Assembly (NCBI GenBank): GCA_964402815.1
Contig: CAYODP010000001.1
Span: 415-64,414 of the forward strand
DNA from: an uncultured Candidatus Saccharibacteria bacterium
Lineage (GTDB): Bacteria > Patescibacteriota > Saccharimonadia > Saccharimonadales > Saccharimonadaceae
Reading direction: 5' to 3'
DNA length: 64,000 nucleotides
A program made the translations under genes and the position numbers. Positions 45,080 to 54,723 of this stretch are shown here, piece after piece; within the stretch, counting starts at the first letter, position 1, and each line of letters begins with the position of its first letter. The notes under the pieces were generated by a model, which was given only the letters and a program-made list of their open reading frames with translations, made no database searches and was not told where the DNA came from.

Positions 45080-45970
45080 CTAATTTGCGTTGTAGCCGTA
45101 ATCTCCACGAGTTAGCAAGATATTCTTCCACCAAGACTCTCTCGCAATAATTGCCTCGTCATCGGTCGTAGATTTATAAATGTCGAGGATTGAATAACGG
45201 AAGTTATTCTTCACATATTCTAAGCCGTTTTCTTCAACTAAGGCTTTCAGCTCCTTGTTGTGGCCATGACCATTTTCAGCATAATTTCGCCACCTGCCGA
45301 GCAACATAGTATCACCATAAGCCGAACCGACATAACGTTTATTAGTAGCAGTATCGGTTATGAGATAGACTGCTTTTTGGTTTTCTAGTGCTGTCTGCCA
45401 ATTCTTGAACTTCAGAACTCTACGCAGATCGTTCCACGACAAATCAACATTCTCATAGCCCGGAAAATCTTCACCAAGTTCATTGTAGGGGTGTTCGAGA
45501 ATGGTTTTAACATATATGGAGTCAATAATATCTTCACTACGCACTACCACATTTCTGCCTTTGTCTTCAAAATGTACCACTAGCCGACCAAAGAATGGAG
45601 CATACTCAGCAAGGTTCTCCTCATCAGCGTCAATCAAAAACTTACTATCGTCCAGTACCTTATAGGCATTTACAAGCAACCAGTCTTTATCGGAAGAATA
45701 TGGAATAAAACAAAATACAATATCACCATTCTTAAACCGTTTATAGCCGTCTGGGTTATGTGTCTTGACCGACTCTTCCACAACGGCAACCTCGCCAGAA
45801 CGATACATAGCAAGCAAATCAAAATATCTCGGCTGATCGCCAAGTTTTTCTACAACCTCAGGAGCCTGTTTTTCTGCGTCATACTGCCAATTGCTGTTGA
45901 AGACGAGTTTAAGTTTACCCATATCTTCGTCTGATAGGTGGAGTAAACTGGTGAATTTAATAGTGCTCAT
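45080..45970 (-). CDS. GIY-YIG nuclease family protein
   Basis: AVYLITD...KRYVGSAYG...LGRW.NY...GHG.N.EL...FRYSIL...ARESWWK.IL..R..GYNAN. Confidence 0.85.
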   Translation of the reverse strand: MSTIKFTSLLHLSDEDMGKLKLVFNSNWQYDAEKQAPEVVEKLGDQPRYFDLLAMYRSGEVAVVEESVKTHNPDGYKRFKNGDIVFCFIPYSSDKDWLLVNAYKVLDDSKFLIDADEENLAEYAPFFGRLVVHFEDKGRNVVVRSEDIIDSIYVKTILEHPYNELGEDFPGYENVDLSWNDLRRVLKFKNWQTALENQKAVYLITDTATNKRYVGSAYGDTMLLGRWRNYAENGHGHNKELKALVEENGLEYVKNNFRYSILDIYKSTTDDEAIIARESWWKNILLTRGDYGYNAN

Positions 45971-46002
45971 TTTTTGCTTGCCCTTTCCGGTCGCCTGATA
46001 AC

Positions 46003-46141
46003 AAAAAATGCGACCATGTACTTAGTCGCTTTAACCTTAACAAAACCAGTTCTAGGAACGATTTTGCGTACATAGCCGCATTTCTTCCTAGAACCTACGG
46101 CAAAACTACCGTTGGTTGTTCGGTTTTATTAAGATTAAAGC
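46003..46141 (-). ncRNA. Structured RNA or terminated leader upstream of the GIY-YIG gene
   Basis: Minus-strand 20-bp stem 46141-46122 / 46047-46028 (with G:U) enclosing hairpins ACGG/CCGT and GTTCTAGGAA/TTCCTAGAAC; terminator GCGAC-10-GTCGC-ATTTTTT; extended -10 TGGTATAAT at 46148-46156. Confidence 0.6.
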
Positions 46142-46607
46142 AATTCTATTATACCACATTACGCCACAAAAGAGAAGATGGTTTACTTGCTCTGAAATAG
46201 GTTGAAGCTGACTTCTAGATGATAAGAACAAACGCTAAATCGCAAAAACGCAAATTTCTTTGCCAAATTATTCAAAATATTACATTGGGTATATACAATG
46301 TACAAAAGTACGGCATTATATCATACATCACGAAAAAAGAAAAATTGACAGCAAGCACCTAACGTGGCATTCTTTACTTTAAATATATAGTGCCTTACAA
46401 TAGAGGTAAGCTAAAGGTAAAACCGCATCTGCCTAAGTGAAATGTCGAGGAGATGGCTGAGAAAATCACCTTTAGATAATTGGGAGTTTAACCAGCGCGA
46501 GGCTGCGTGAAATAAAAAGCGCTCAGTAAAAACAATACTAAAGTTGTATTAGAACAGCTCATTGTTTTTGATGCATAAAAGCATGATGATAAGGAGGTAT
46601 ATTTTTC

Positions 46608-46910
46608 ATGCCCAAAAAACAGGACGAACCGCAAAAAATCAGAACATACAAAGAATTATCGCAAAAGGAGCAACCTTTTGCGGGCTTCAAAACTGGCGAG
46701 CAATTGCCACTCTTTGAGATGCCACCAGCTTTGGCAAGCCCAGCTATCAGCCAAGGCTTGCCAAAGCTGCAGCAGCTACTCTCTGAGCAAGGTATTGAAA
46801 TTGGCAGTTTTGATGAACTTTACACCGCTGCAATCAGTATTATTCGTTTCGTAGCGGCTAAGGAGAAGCAGGCAATTTTAAAGAATATCGAGGAGAAAAG
46901 GCATGAATAA
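46608..46910 (+). CDS. Small hypothetical protein preceding the helicase
   Basis: AAGGAGG RBS; overlaps the start of the next gene. Confidence 0.75.
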   Translation: MPKKQDEPQKIRTYKELSQKEQPFAGFKTGEQLPLFEMPPALASPAISQGLPKLQQLLSEQGIEIGSFDELYTAAISIIRFVAAKEKQAILKNIEEKRHE

Positions 46911-48885
46911 TACAAAACAATCCCTAGTAAAACTTGTGGTGAATCGCATTATCAATGATTCGTCCATTAGGCTTTTTACTGACCAAAATAATGAGGCGTA
47001 TATCTCCACAACTGGCGATGGTAGGCAAGTATATGATCTGGATTCACAAGAGGCTCAAGATTGGCTTGCTGGTTATGTTATGGATAACTTTAATAACGAG
47101 GTTTTATTGCGTGACCAACCTAAAAATATTTTAGAAACCCTGCGAGGTTTCGCACAACATCGTGGTAGTAAAAGAAATCTTGAGTTGCGAACTGCTTTTG
47201 ATGAAAACCAAAATCTTTGGTACGATTTGGGTCAATACGCTGTGCGCATTACACCTGATGGCTGGAAGATTGACGCTTGCCCGCCCATTCTTTTCGCTCG
47301 TAACTATACTCAAGAACAACAAGTATTGCCAGTAACTGGCGGAACAATTTGGGAGTTGTTTGATTACATTAATGTTAAAGATGTTCAGGACCGAGTATTG
47401 CTAATTGCCTTTTTAATCGCTGCGTTAGTGCCAGGCATCAACAAGCCGATCCTAGCATTATCAGGTCCAGCAGGCAGTGGCAAAAGTGAGTGCACAAAGA
47501 CGCTAAAAAGCCTCATGGACCCAACAATGCCACCAAGTTTGCCGCCAATTACCAACGTCGAAGAATTAGATAAACTCGCTCAAACTAGCGCCGTCATGGC
47601 CTTTGACAATCTTACAACCATGAACACAAAAATCGCCAATCACTTCTGTTGTCTAGCAACAGGTTACGGTGTGCGCATTAGAAAACTATATACTCAACGC
47701 TACATTATTTTCAACGCTATTCGTCCGCTAATTATCAATGGTATATCTCAGGTTATTACTCAATCCGATCTGCTCAATCGTGCCATAGTAGCCGAACTAT
47801 CACCAATCGAGAAGCGTGTAGAAGATTCCGAATTGCATAAGAGATTCAATGAAGCTCGTCCGCGTATCCTAGGCGCTATGTTCGAGTTGCTGTCTAGGGC
47901 AATGAAAATCCTACCCACTATCGAACGTACTGAGTGGCCGAGGATGGGTGGGTTTGCTAAGTGGGGCTATGCCATCACGGCGGCACTAGGCAATGGCTAT
48001 ACTGGTGAAACGTTCATGAAAGCGTTTAAGAAGGTAGAAGCCTTGCAACACAGTGAGGCGTTGAGCGCTAACCCATTTGCAGAAGTAATCACTTGGTTTA
48101 TGCGTGACCGAGAAACATGGGTTGGAACTGCTGGGGAGCTCCTAGACAAGTTAGAGTCCGTATCACAGAATAGTAGTAACCCAGATATTAAGTACTGCCC
48201 AAAAAGCTCATATTGGCCAGCTAATCCTAGGTCTGCCAGGGTCCAGATTCAAAAAGCCCTAGCGGATCTAAAGTCAGCGGGAATTATCGCTTTTCTACCA
48301 AGCGGGAGTGGGCGTACTATTCGTCTAGTAAATGCTGATCTTCCTATTAGTAAAACACTACGTAGCGCTTTAGATAGTCCATCCCCAAATGGCCACACTT
48401 ATACTGAACAGGGTTATGTTTTGAATGACTTAGAACCGCATTGTGTCGGCGTAGTATCTAGCAAATACACCAATCTTGATGAAAGGGGTGAACTGGTCCT
48501 TAAAGATGAAGTAATGTCTGGGAAAATTATTCCCGAAATTATTACAGGTGATACTGCTGATGCTCCGAGCGTTAGTGGTATAGCAGATTTCATTGAACGC
48601 CTTGTTGAGTATAAATTGCCCAAGACCGAGAAACGTCTTGAAATTGAAACACAGCAACGTGAAGAAAAAGAGCATGAGAGAAAAGCCCAACTTGAAGAAA
48701 AACGGAAACATGACAAGGAATATCAAGAGGAGTGTAAACGCAGACAAAAAGAACAGGAGGAGAAAGAAGCTAATAGGAAGCAGAAAAAGGCGAAGTATCT
48801 AGCTGATTGCGAGAAGTATGGTATGCCAGTGAATGAAGACTATCTTGCGTACGTTGAGAGTGGCTGGGGTGAAATCCCATTCTAG
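46903..48885 (+). CDS. P-loop NTPase, putative replicative helicase of the element
   Basis: Walker A LSGPAGSGKS, AFDNLT (Walker B-like), R.LYT, IINGI, DLLNRAIV; charged coiled-coil C-terminus. Confidence 0.8.
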   Translation: MNNTKQSLVKLVVNRIINDSSIRLFTDQNNEAYISTTGDGRQVYDLDSQEAQDWLAGYVMDNFNNEVLLRDQPKNILETLRGFAQHRGSKRNLELRTAFDENQNLWYDLGQYAVRITPDGWKIDACPPILFARNYTQEQQVLPVTGGTIWELFDYINVKDVQDRVLLIAFLIAALVPGINKPILALSGPAGSGKSECTKTLKSLMDPTMPPSLPPITNVEELDKLAQTSAVMAFDNLTTMNTKIANHFCCLATGYGVRIRKLYTQRYIIFNAIRPLIINGISQVITQSDLLNRAIVAELSPIEKRVEDSELHKRFNEARPRILGAMFELLSRAMKILPTIERTEWPRMGGFAKWGYAITAALGNGYTGETFMKAFKKVEALQHSEALSANPFAEVITWFMRDRETWVGTAGELLDKLESVSQNSSNPDIKYCPKSSYWPANPRSARVQIQKALADLKSAGIIAFLPSGSGRTIRLVNADLPISKTLRSALDSPSPNGHTYTEQGYVLNDLEPHCVGVVSSKYTNLDERGELVLKDEVMSGKIIPEIITGDTADAPSVSGIADFIERLVEYKLPKTEKRLEIETQQREEKEHERKAQLEEKRKHDKEYQEECKRRQKEQEEKEANRKQKKAKYLADCEKYGMPVNEDYLAYVESGWGEIPF

Positions 48886-48957
48886 TGAAGCATGCCGACA
48901 TAATAAACCATTTATTTTTATCACAGAAACTCACATAATTGTCAATAGGAGGAAGAA

Positions 48958-50721
48958 ATGTCAAGAAAGCAAGTGAAATACAAAAAGCAGGCTACGAGTA
49001 GCGACGAATTGCGCTTTGTCGCTTATATGCGTAAGTCAACTGAAGACAAGAATCACCAAATGAACTCAATCGTCGACCAACAAACATGGATTACGCGAGA
49101 GGCAAGAAAACTAGGGCTAAAGATAGTGGCAGTTTTTCAAGAAGAGAAATCTGCCTCTAAGCCTAAGAATCGCCCAGAATTCGATAAAATGATGAAAATG
49201 CTAGAGGCAGGCAGGGCAAATGCTATTATTTGTTACCACGTAGACCGCTTATCGCGAAACCCAATCGACAATGGACGATTACAATGGGATGTAGCTAATG
49301 GCACTATTCAAAAAATTCATGCTTCGGACGGAGATTATACGAATGGTGATAATAGCAACTTCATGTTTGCGTTGCAAAACTGCCTAGCGACAGACTATTC
49401 TCAAAAGCTAAAGAGCCGCGTGCACTATACTATGATGGAGAACAATAGGCGGGGTCGTTGTAATGGACGTGCTGCGCAGGGATATCTTAATAGGCACGAC
49501 CCAAATAACCTGAAAAGAGCCATCGTCATAAAGGATACGAGTATTGTGGGCAAAAACGGAGAGAGTCGTTACGACCTAATTCGTAAAGCCCTCAAGATGT
49601 TTGGCACTGGAAATTATAGTCCTGTAGAAATTAAACAAATGCTTGATGATTGGGGTTATACTCAGCGACGTACTCACAAAGGTTTAACTCTTGGTGGACT
49701 ACATTATATTCTAGAAAATCCATTTTACGCAGGCTACACCGAAGACCCAGAAGACCCCGATGTCTGGCATAAGGCGGAGTGGGAGCCCATGATTAGTGAG
49801 CAGGAATACTGGCGTAACCAGAAGATTAAGCAAAGCTATGGCCGAAAAACAGGAAAACATTGCCCCCGCCCTAGAATTTCGGCTCGTGCCTATAAGTTTC
49901 AACTCAAAGGTGTAATCACGTGCTCTAGTTGCGGTTGTGGCATTGGTGCTGGTTATCACCCAAAAATTATGGCGGATGGTTCTACGAAAATCTATGTCCA
50001 CTATGCCTGCAATAATAATGGCCATAATTCTCTCAGAAAATGTCAACTACATGGCGGTATTAGCGAGCCAGCACTATTTGCTCAAGTAGACGCATTACTT
50101 AACAAATATCGAATCAGCCGAACGCTCTATGAATGGGCATTAGAAATTCTTGGCAAATTAAAGGATGAAGAAATTTACGAAAGGCACAGTATTGAAATGA
50201 GCCAGAATGCCAGCGTTGAACGTTTAAAAGCAAAGCGCGATAGGCTACTTGATATGTAGCTAGAACATGAAGAAGACGGAATTGAAATGACCGCTGAAGA
50301 ATACAATACGCGCCGACAAAAACTGGATTCCGCCATCACCGAATTAGAACAATCCAGACGCGACGTTGTCGATAGGAACCAAAATTGGTATGAAATTATT
50401 GGTAAGACTTTAGAAACGTTAAATGATCCACGCGAAAAATTTACCGATGGCAGTTGTTCCGGAGAAAGACGTAGTATTCTACAATCAATCGGTCCACGTG
50501 CCTACCTCGTGGAATGCTTCGACCGTTACAGTAAGAAAGGTAAGGTTTTAACCAAACGAGTTCTAGAGGTGGAGCCTTATCCGTGGCTCGAAAAATTGCG
50601 AAAATCAGCACAAAAAATGGAACACGATTTCGGGAAGGTTTTTACCGCAAACCAACAGGGGCAAAATGACCAAAAATCGGCTCCTTATAAACTTTGGTGT
50701 GCCCGACTAGACTTGAACTAG
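48958..50721 (+). pseudogene. Large serine recombinase (integrase) interrupted by an in-frame TAG at 50257-50259
   Basis: Catalytic YMRKST (Ser), SASK...RPEF..M, DRLSRN, recombinase domain (NPFYAG), zinc ribbon CSSCG...YACN...C. The same frame continues after TAG (LEHEEDGIEMTAEEY...) to 50721. Confidence 0.85.
50693..50708. repeat. Right attachment site within the tRNA-Leu 3' end
   Basis: TTTGGTGTGCCCGACT, matching 39028-39043. Confidence 0.75.
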
Positions 50722-50783
50722 CACAGCTTAAAATCGCCACTACCACCTCAAGGTAGCGTGTCTACCAATTCCACCACGGGCAC
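50695..50783 (-). tRNA. tRNA-Leu (anticodon GAG)
   Basis: Acceptor GTGCCCG/CGGGCAC-A-CCA; D loop GGAATTGGTAGAC; anticodon stem CTACC-TTGAGGT-GGTAG; long variable arm; T arm GTTCAAGTC. Confidence 0.95.
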
Positions 50784-50868
50784 ACATTGGTTTACTGTCT
50801 TATTATACCAAAGAAAGCAAAATACCGCAAGACTTTCCCTGCGGTATTGCGAAGAGGAAGAATGAGAA

Positions 50869-51171
50869 TTAATCTTCTTCTTTGACGATATCGTCGTCGG
50901 CGGTAGCTTCGGCCTTCTCAGTCTTGGCAGGCTCGATGTCCTTGTGGGATTTTTTGAAGCCGTTGGGGAAAATGGCATCATACAAACCTTTACAAGCGTA
51001 AACGACGCCGAGCGCAATAATACCGGTATAGACGGTATAAGACTCGCCAGGGCGAGCAGCGTTGTAAGAGGCAGCAGTAGCGAGACCACCGATGGCGGCG
51101 AGACCGACGCCAGCTGCGATTTCGATAAGACCGCGCTTACGGGTTTTTGGTTTACTACTATTTTTATTCAT
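50869..51171 (-). CDS. Small two-TM membrane protein
   Basis: GLIEIAAGVGL...YTVYTGIIALG; TATAAT 6 nt before the ATG; terminator at 50821-50848. Confidence 0.75.
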   Translation of the reverse strand: MNKNSSKPKTRKRGLIEIAAGVGLAAIGGLATAASYNAARPGESYTVYTGIIALGVVYACKGLYDAIFPNGFKKSHKDIEPAKTEKAEATADDDIVKEED

Positions 51172-51316
51172 GGTGCTATTATACCATATCGCCCCTAGTC
51201 TGGCTACTGGATTTTTTAGGTTGGTTTAAGATTTCTGAGCCACTAGACAGAAAACTAATAGCACCCAGGCGGATGCTATTAGTTTTGTACCTAAATATTT
51301 AATCTGACGTGCAAAA

Positions 51317-51535
51317 TTATTTGTTATCAGCAGCTTTTTTCTTTAGAGTCAAGAAACCGTTGCGTGGGTTCTCATTGACAACACGGTCTTCAGGCAAATC
51401 ACATGGGGTACCTTTGCCACCCTCGGCGGTCTTAGTAAAGAAATAGATAGTTTGTGGTTTACCGCCGCGCAAGGTAACTTCGGACTTGTGCAGATAATAG
51501 GTCACGCCCTTACTATTGGTATGTTGATAGGCCAT
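51317..51535 (-). CDS. Small basic hypothetical protein
   Basis: MAYQHTNSKGVTYYLH...IYFF...ENPRNG...LKK; AAGGAG RBS; terminator at 51251-51286. Confidence 0.8.
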   Translation of the reverse strand: MAYQHTNSKGVTYYLHKSEVTLRGGKPQTIYFFTKTAEGGKGTPCDLPEDRVVNENPRNGFLTLKKKAADNK

Positions 51536-51659
51536 TAGGTTCCTCCTTAGAATTATTATATTCTTATCTTATGTCTATTTGAGAAAGGCGTCAAGGGGTT
51601 TTGCAGGGAAAACCCAAAAAACCTTATGTTTTTTATACAACACTTGAAAATCTGAGCGG

Positions 51660-52367
51660 TTAGGAGTGTTTAAGAAAGACTAAAGCGAGCTTTAAAACTA
51701 GCCAAACAATAAGGCGGACTACAATAATCAACGCTAGAATAATACAAGCCACGATGGCTAGGCCGGCGGGAGTCCAAGAGAAAATCGGCGAAGCGTAATT
51801 GCGGCGATAGAGTTCGGTGGAGGGGACGTTGGCGGTAAGGTGATTATCGGAGATATCGCTTTCGGGATATTTGGCGAGTTCGGACGTCCAACAATCGAGA
51901 TAGGGCTGGTCTGACCACTGCCAACCATTGGCGATAGCTTGAGGCTGACAAATAGCGGCCACTGCAGCATAAATATTACCATTAGGATTGGTATCGCTAG
52001 CGAGACTAGAGCTAGCTTCTTCGATGGCGGCGTTAGCGGCTTTGATGTATTGGTGCTCTAGATAAAACGGGCCGGTACCAAAAGTGACGGACTGCACGCC
52101 ATTGTCTTCAACAACATTGATGACAGTATGGCTGTAAACAAATTCTTTGAGAGCGGTAAGAGTTTGCTCGATAGCAGCTTCATCTCCGGCTGCGTCGGCG
52201 GCCAGGACGGCGCTGCGTAGCTCAACCATTTTGAGATGATCAAACCGCAAAAGGGTAGCTGTAAAGAAAATAAGTGGAATGAGAATCAAAAAGAGTTGCC
52301 AGGTATGCACGGCCTTGAAAGATTTACGCAGAAATTCGCGGATTCGATTTGATTTCTTGCCACCCAT
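51660..52367 (-). CDS. Hypothetical protein with N- and C-terminal TM helices
   Basis: 235 aa; TM segments at both ends flank a Cys-containing extracellular domain. Confidence 0.75.
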   Translation of the reverse strand: MGGKKSNRIREFLRKSFKAVHTWQLFLILIPLIFFTATLLRFDHLKMVELRSAVLAADAAGDEAAIEQTLTALKEFVYSHTVINVVEDNGVQSVTFGTGPFYLEHQYIKAANAAIEEASSSLASDTNPNGNIYAAVAAICQPQAIANGWQWSDQPYLDCWTSELAKYPESDISDNHLTANVPSTELYRRNYASPIFSWTPAGLAIVACIILALIIVVRLIVWLVLKLALVFLKHS

Positions 52368-52460
52368 TACTATATATTATTATAACATAGGCGCAGAATT
52401 ACATAAGAAAAATGCTGAGCACAGGCTGCGATTTGAAGTGAAATATGATACAATAAGCTC

Positions 52461-53783
52461 ATGAATATTTATATATCGGGAATATCTGGAACTGGTATGG
52501 GGCCACTGGCTTTGATGGCGAAAGATGCAGGGATGACTGTGTTTGGCTCCGACCAGCAGCCAGGCGCAGTAACGTCAGAATTAACTAATAGTGGAATTAA
52601 GATTTACCTAGGTGAGCAGGACGGCGAGTTCTTAAAGGCGCGCGCCAAGAACGAGGGAGTAGATTGGTTTGTATATACTTCGGCGCTGCCAGAAGACCAC
52701 CCAGAACTGTTGATGGCAAAGAAACTGAAAATTAAGCACATTTCGAAACGTGATGAACTAATTAGCTATTTAGTAAAAAAGTTGAAACTAAAAATGGTCG
52801 CAGTAGCGGGGACTCACGGCAAAACTACGACGACGGCAATGATTGTTTGGGGGTGCCTAAAACTAGGGATTCCAGTGTCATATTTAATTGGAACAACTTT
52901 GCCGTTTGCGCCAGCGGGGATGTATAATAAAAAATCGGAATATTTTATTTACGAAGCGGACGAGTATGACCGGAATTTTCTAGCGTTTCATCCGTGGTTA
53001 GCCGTGATACCAACGGTGTCATATGACCACCCAGATATTTATCCAGATGAACAATCGTATCATGAGGCGTTTGCGCAATTTGAACGACAAAGTGAGCAAG
53101 TGATTCGGGGCGATGAAATTGCAGTGGATGTAACATTAGCAGGAGAAGCAAGGCGATACGACGCAACTTTAGCAATTGATGCCTTGCAACGAATTATGCC
53201 GGCGCCGCGGGGCTTGGCGAGATTTTGTGGTTCACAACGTAAGAAAATCGTGAAAGTGATTAATGAGTTTCCGGGAGTGGGGCGAAGATTTGAACAAGTT
53301 TCGGAAGGATTTTATTCGGATTACGGACATCACCCAGAAGAAGTGGCGGCGACAGTACAGATTGCGCTAGAAGAAGCTGACCGACGGGGATTAAAAGGTG
53401 TAGTGGCTGTTTATGAACCGCACCAAAATACAAGACAAACTGGATTGATTGATGCCTATGAGAATGCATTTCAGGGAGTGAAGAAATTATATTGGCTACC
53501 AACTTATTTAACGCGCGAAGATGAATCATTAAAAGTTTTGCAGCCAGCGGATTTTATTGCAAAGTTGGAAAATAAGAAAATTGCAGAGCCGGCTGAGTTG
53601 GACGAGAAGTTGGGCGAAGCATTGCTAAAATATCATGATCAAGGTTATTTAGTTTTGCTAATGACAGCGGGACCAGCCGATGCGTGGTTACGCAAACTAG
53701 TGTTTGCGGGTAATCAAGAATCGGCGGCAACGCAATATGTACATGCGCCACGGAGCGCCGACGAAGGTAGCGAACGGAATTAG
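52461..53783 (+). CDS. murC: Mur ligase, MurC-like UDP-N-acetylmuramate--L-alanine ligase
   Basis: GISGTGMGPLA, VAGTHGKTTTT, EADEYD, DHPDIY, GVGRRFE, SDYGHHPEEV, EPHQ. Confidence 0.88.
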   Translation: MNIYISGISGTGMGPLALMAKDAGMTVFGSDQQPGAVTSELTNSGIKIYLGEQDGEFLKARAKNEGVDWFVYTSALPEDHPELLMAKKLKIKHISKRDELISYLVKKLKLKMVAVAGTHGKTTTTAMIVWGCLKLGIPVSYLIGTTLPFAPAGMYNKKSEYFIYEADEYDRNFLAFHPWLAVIPTVSYDHPDIYPDEQSYHEAFAQFERQSEQVIRGDEIAVDVTLAGEARRYDATLAIDALQRIMPAPRGLARFCGSQRKKIVKVINEFPGVGRRFEQVSEGFYSDYGHHPEEVAATVQIALEEADRRGLKGVVAVYEPHQNTRQTGLIDAYENAFQGVKKLYWLPTYLTREDESLKVLQPADFIAKLENKKIAEPAELDEKLGEALLKYHDQGYLVLLMTAGPADAWLRKLVFAGNQESAATQYVHAPRSADEGSERN

Positions 53784-54169
53784 TGGATTATTTTTTCTGG
53801 ATTAGAGCCTTCAGCGTCAGCAGCGGGAATGCCGAGTGATTCGTTAGAAAGTGGCGTCATAGAATATGGGTCACTTAAGGCTTTGAGACGATTAGTGGTA
53901 GTCTTGAGTTCTTTGAGATAAGTATCGAGCTCACTTTTGTCGAGCGCACCAGTGTCACTATAGCTAAAACTAGAATTGACACCAGATTCTTCTTTAGCTT
54001 CTTCTCGGTCGGGCAAATAGCCAGGACGAGAACGGTCGAGATAAATATCGCCAGTACTGCGATAAATCCATAAGCTCAAACCGGTCGAGAGGACAGTAAA
54101 GCAGAGTGCACCAGCACCTAAAATAATTAAATTCCTTTTGCCATGCGATTCGATAACTTCTGGTTTCAT
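53780..54169 (-). CDS. Hypothetical membrane-anchored protein
   Basis: N-terminal TM, IYLDRSRPGY motif; overlaps both neighbours. Confidence 0.75.
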   Translation of the reverse strand: MKPEVIESHGKRNLIILGAGALCFTVLSTGLSLWIYRSTGDIYLDRSRPGYLPDREEAKEESGVNSSFSYSDTGALDKSELDTYLKELKTTTNRLKALSDPYSMTPLSNESLGIPAADAEGSNPEKIIH

Positions 54170-54723
54170 AGGCTAGCCCTTAAATCTTCAACAGCTTGAT
54201 ACTGCTGGTCGGCAAGATTGGAAATTTCTTTGGTAACTTGTTGCAGTTGTTCGCGTTTGGTACGAACAATCTCTAGCTTGTCATAAAATTCTTGCGGAAC
54301 ATGTGTACAATCAATACCAATTAATGATTCTAGCTCGCGCATATAATCAATATAGCGGTTACGAAAGTCGGTTTGTTGCGCGGTAAATTCGTTTTGAATA
54401 CGAAAAAGCTCAACAGACGGTAAACCGTTTTTAACCATGCGTAGGTTAAGTGGTGTGATAAAACGCCCGGCAATGGCTTCATAAGTAGAGCCTAAATAAG
54501 TCCGCGTACGAGAATCAACACGTTGTAGCTGAGTAAGCGACTGTTTAATATTGCTACAATTCTGAATAATAGTGTCACTTTGTTTACTAGTGAGAGCTGT
54601 AGGCTGTTTGTCATCGGTTGGTTCTTCGGTAGCAAAAGCTGGCGACATACTAAAGCATGCGCAAACCGCTGCTACGATTACAATACTAATCCGCTTTAAA
54701 AAGTCCATTATGTTTCTTACCAT
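54166..54723 (-). CDS. Secreted coiled-coil hypothetical protein
   Basis: Signal peptide ending SPAFA; two Cys; helical. Confidence 0.75.
   Translation of the reverse strand: MVRNIMDFLKRISIVIVAAVCACFSMSPAFATEEPTDDKQPTALTSKQSDTIIQNCSNIKQSLTQLQRVDSRTRTYLGSTYEAIAGRFITPLNLRMVKNGLPSVELFRIQNEFTAQQTDFRNRYIDYMRELESLIGIDCTHVPQEFYDKLEIVRTKREQLQQVTKEISNLADQQYQAVEDLRASL

Larger units (their letters stand above)
39028..50708. mobile_element. Integrated ~11.7-kb element (serine recombinase, helicase and cargo) at tRNA-Leu
   Basis: Flanking direct repeats matching the tRNA 3' end; terminal recombinase; visibly AT-richer than the core; hypothetical and nuclease cargo in mixed orientations. Confidence 0.85.

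Noticed and set aside
39028-50708. Complete prophage or conjugative ICE
   Set aside because: No capsid, portal, terminase, tail, relaxase or T4SS genes are recognisable, and it is too small.
48958-50721. Stop-codon reassignment (TAG read as sense) in the island
   Set aside because: Other island and core genes end cleanly at TAG (41376, 48885, 12699), and only one internal TAG is seen. A point mutation or error is simpler.
50748-51089. 113-aa minus-strand ORF running into the tRNA
   Set aside because: Alternative frame of 50869..51171 that crosses a terminator and the tRNA promoter.
53700-53783. MurC C-terminal extension as another palindromic insert
   Set aside because: The tail looks appended, but I could not find a convincing hairpin or a match to the typA/12853 repeat family.
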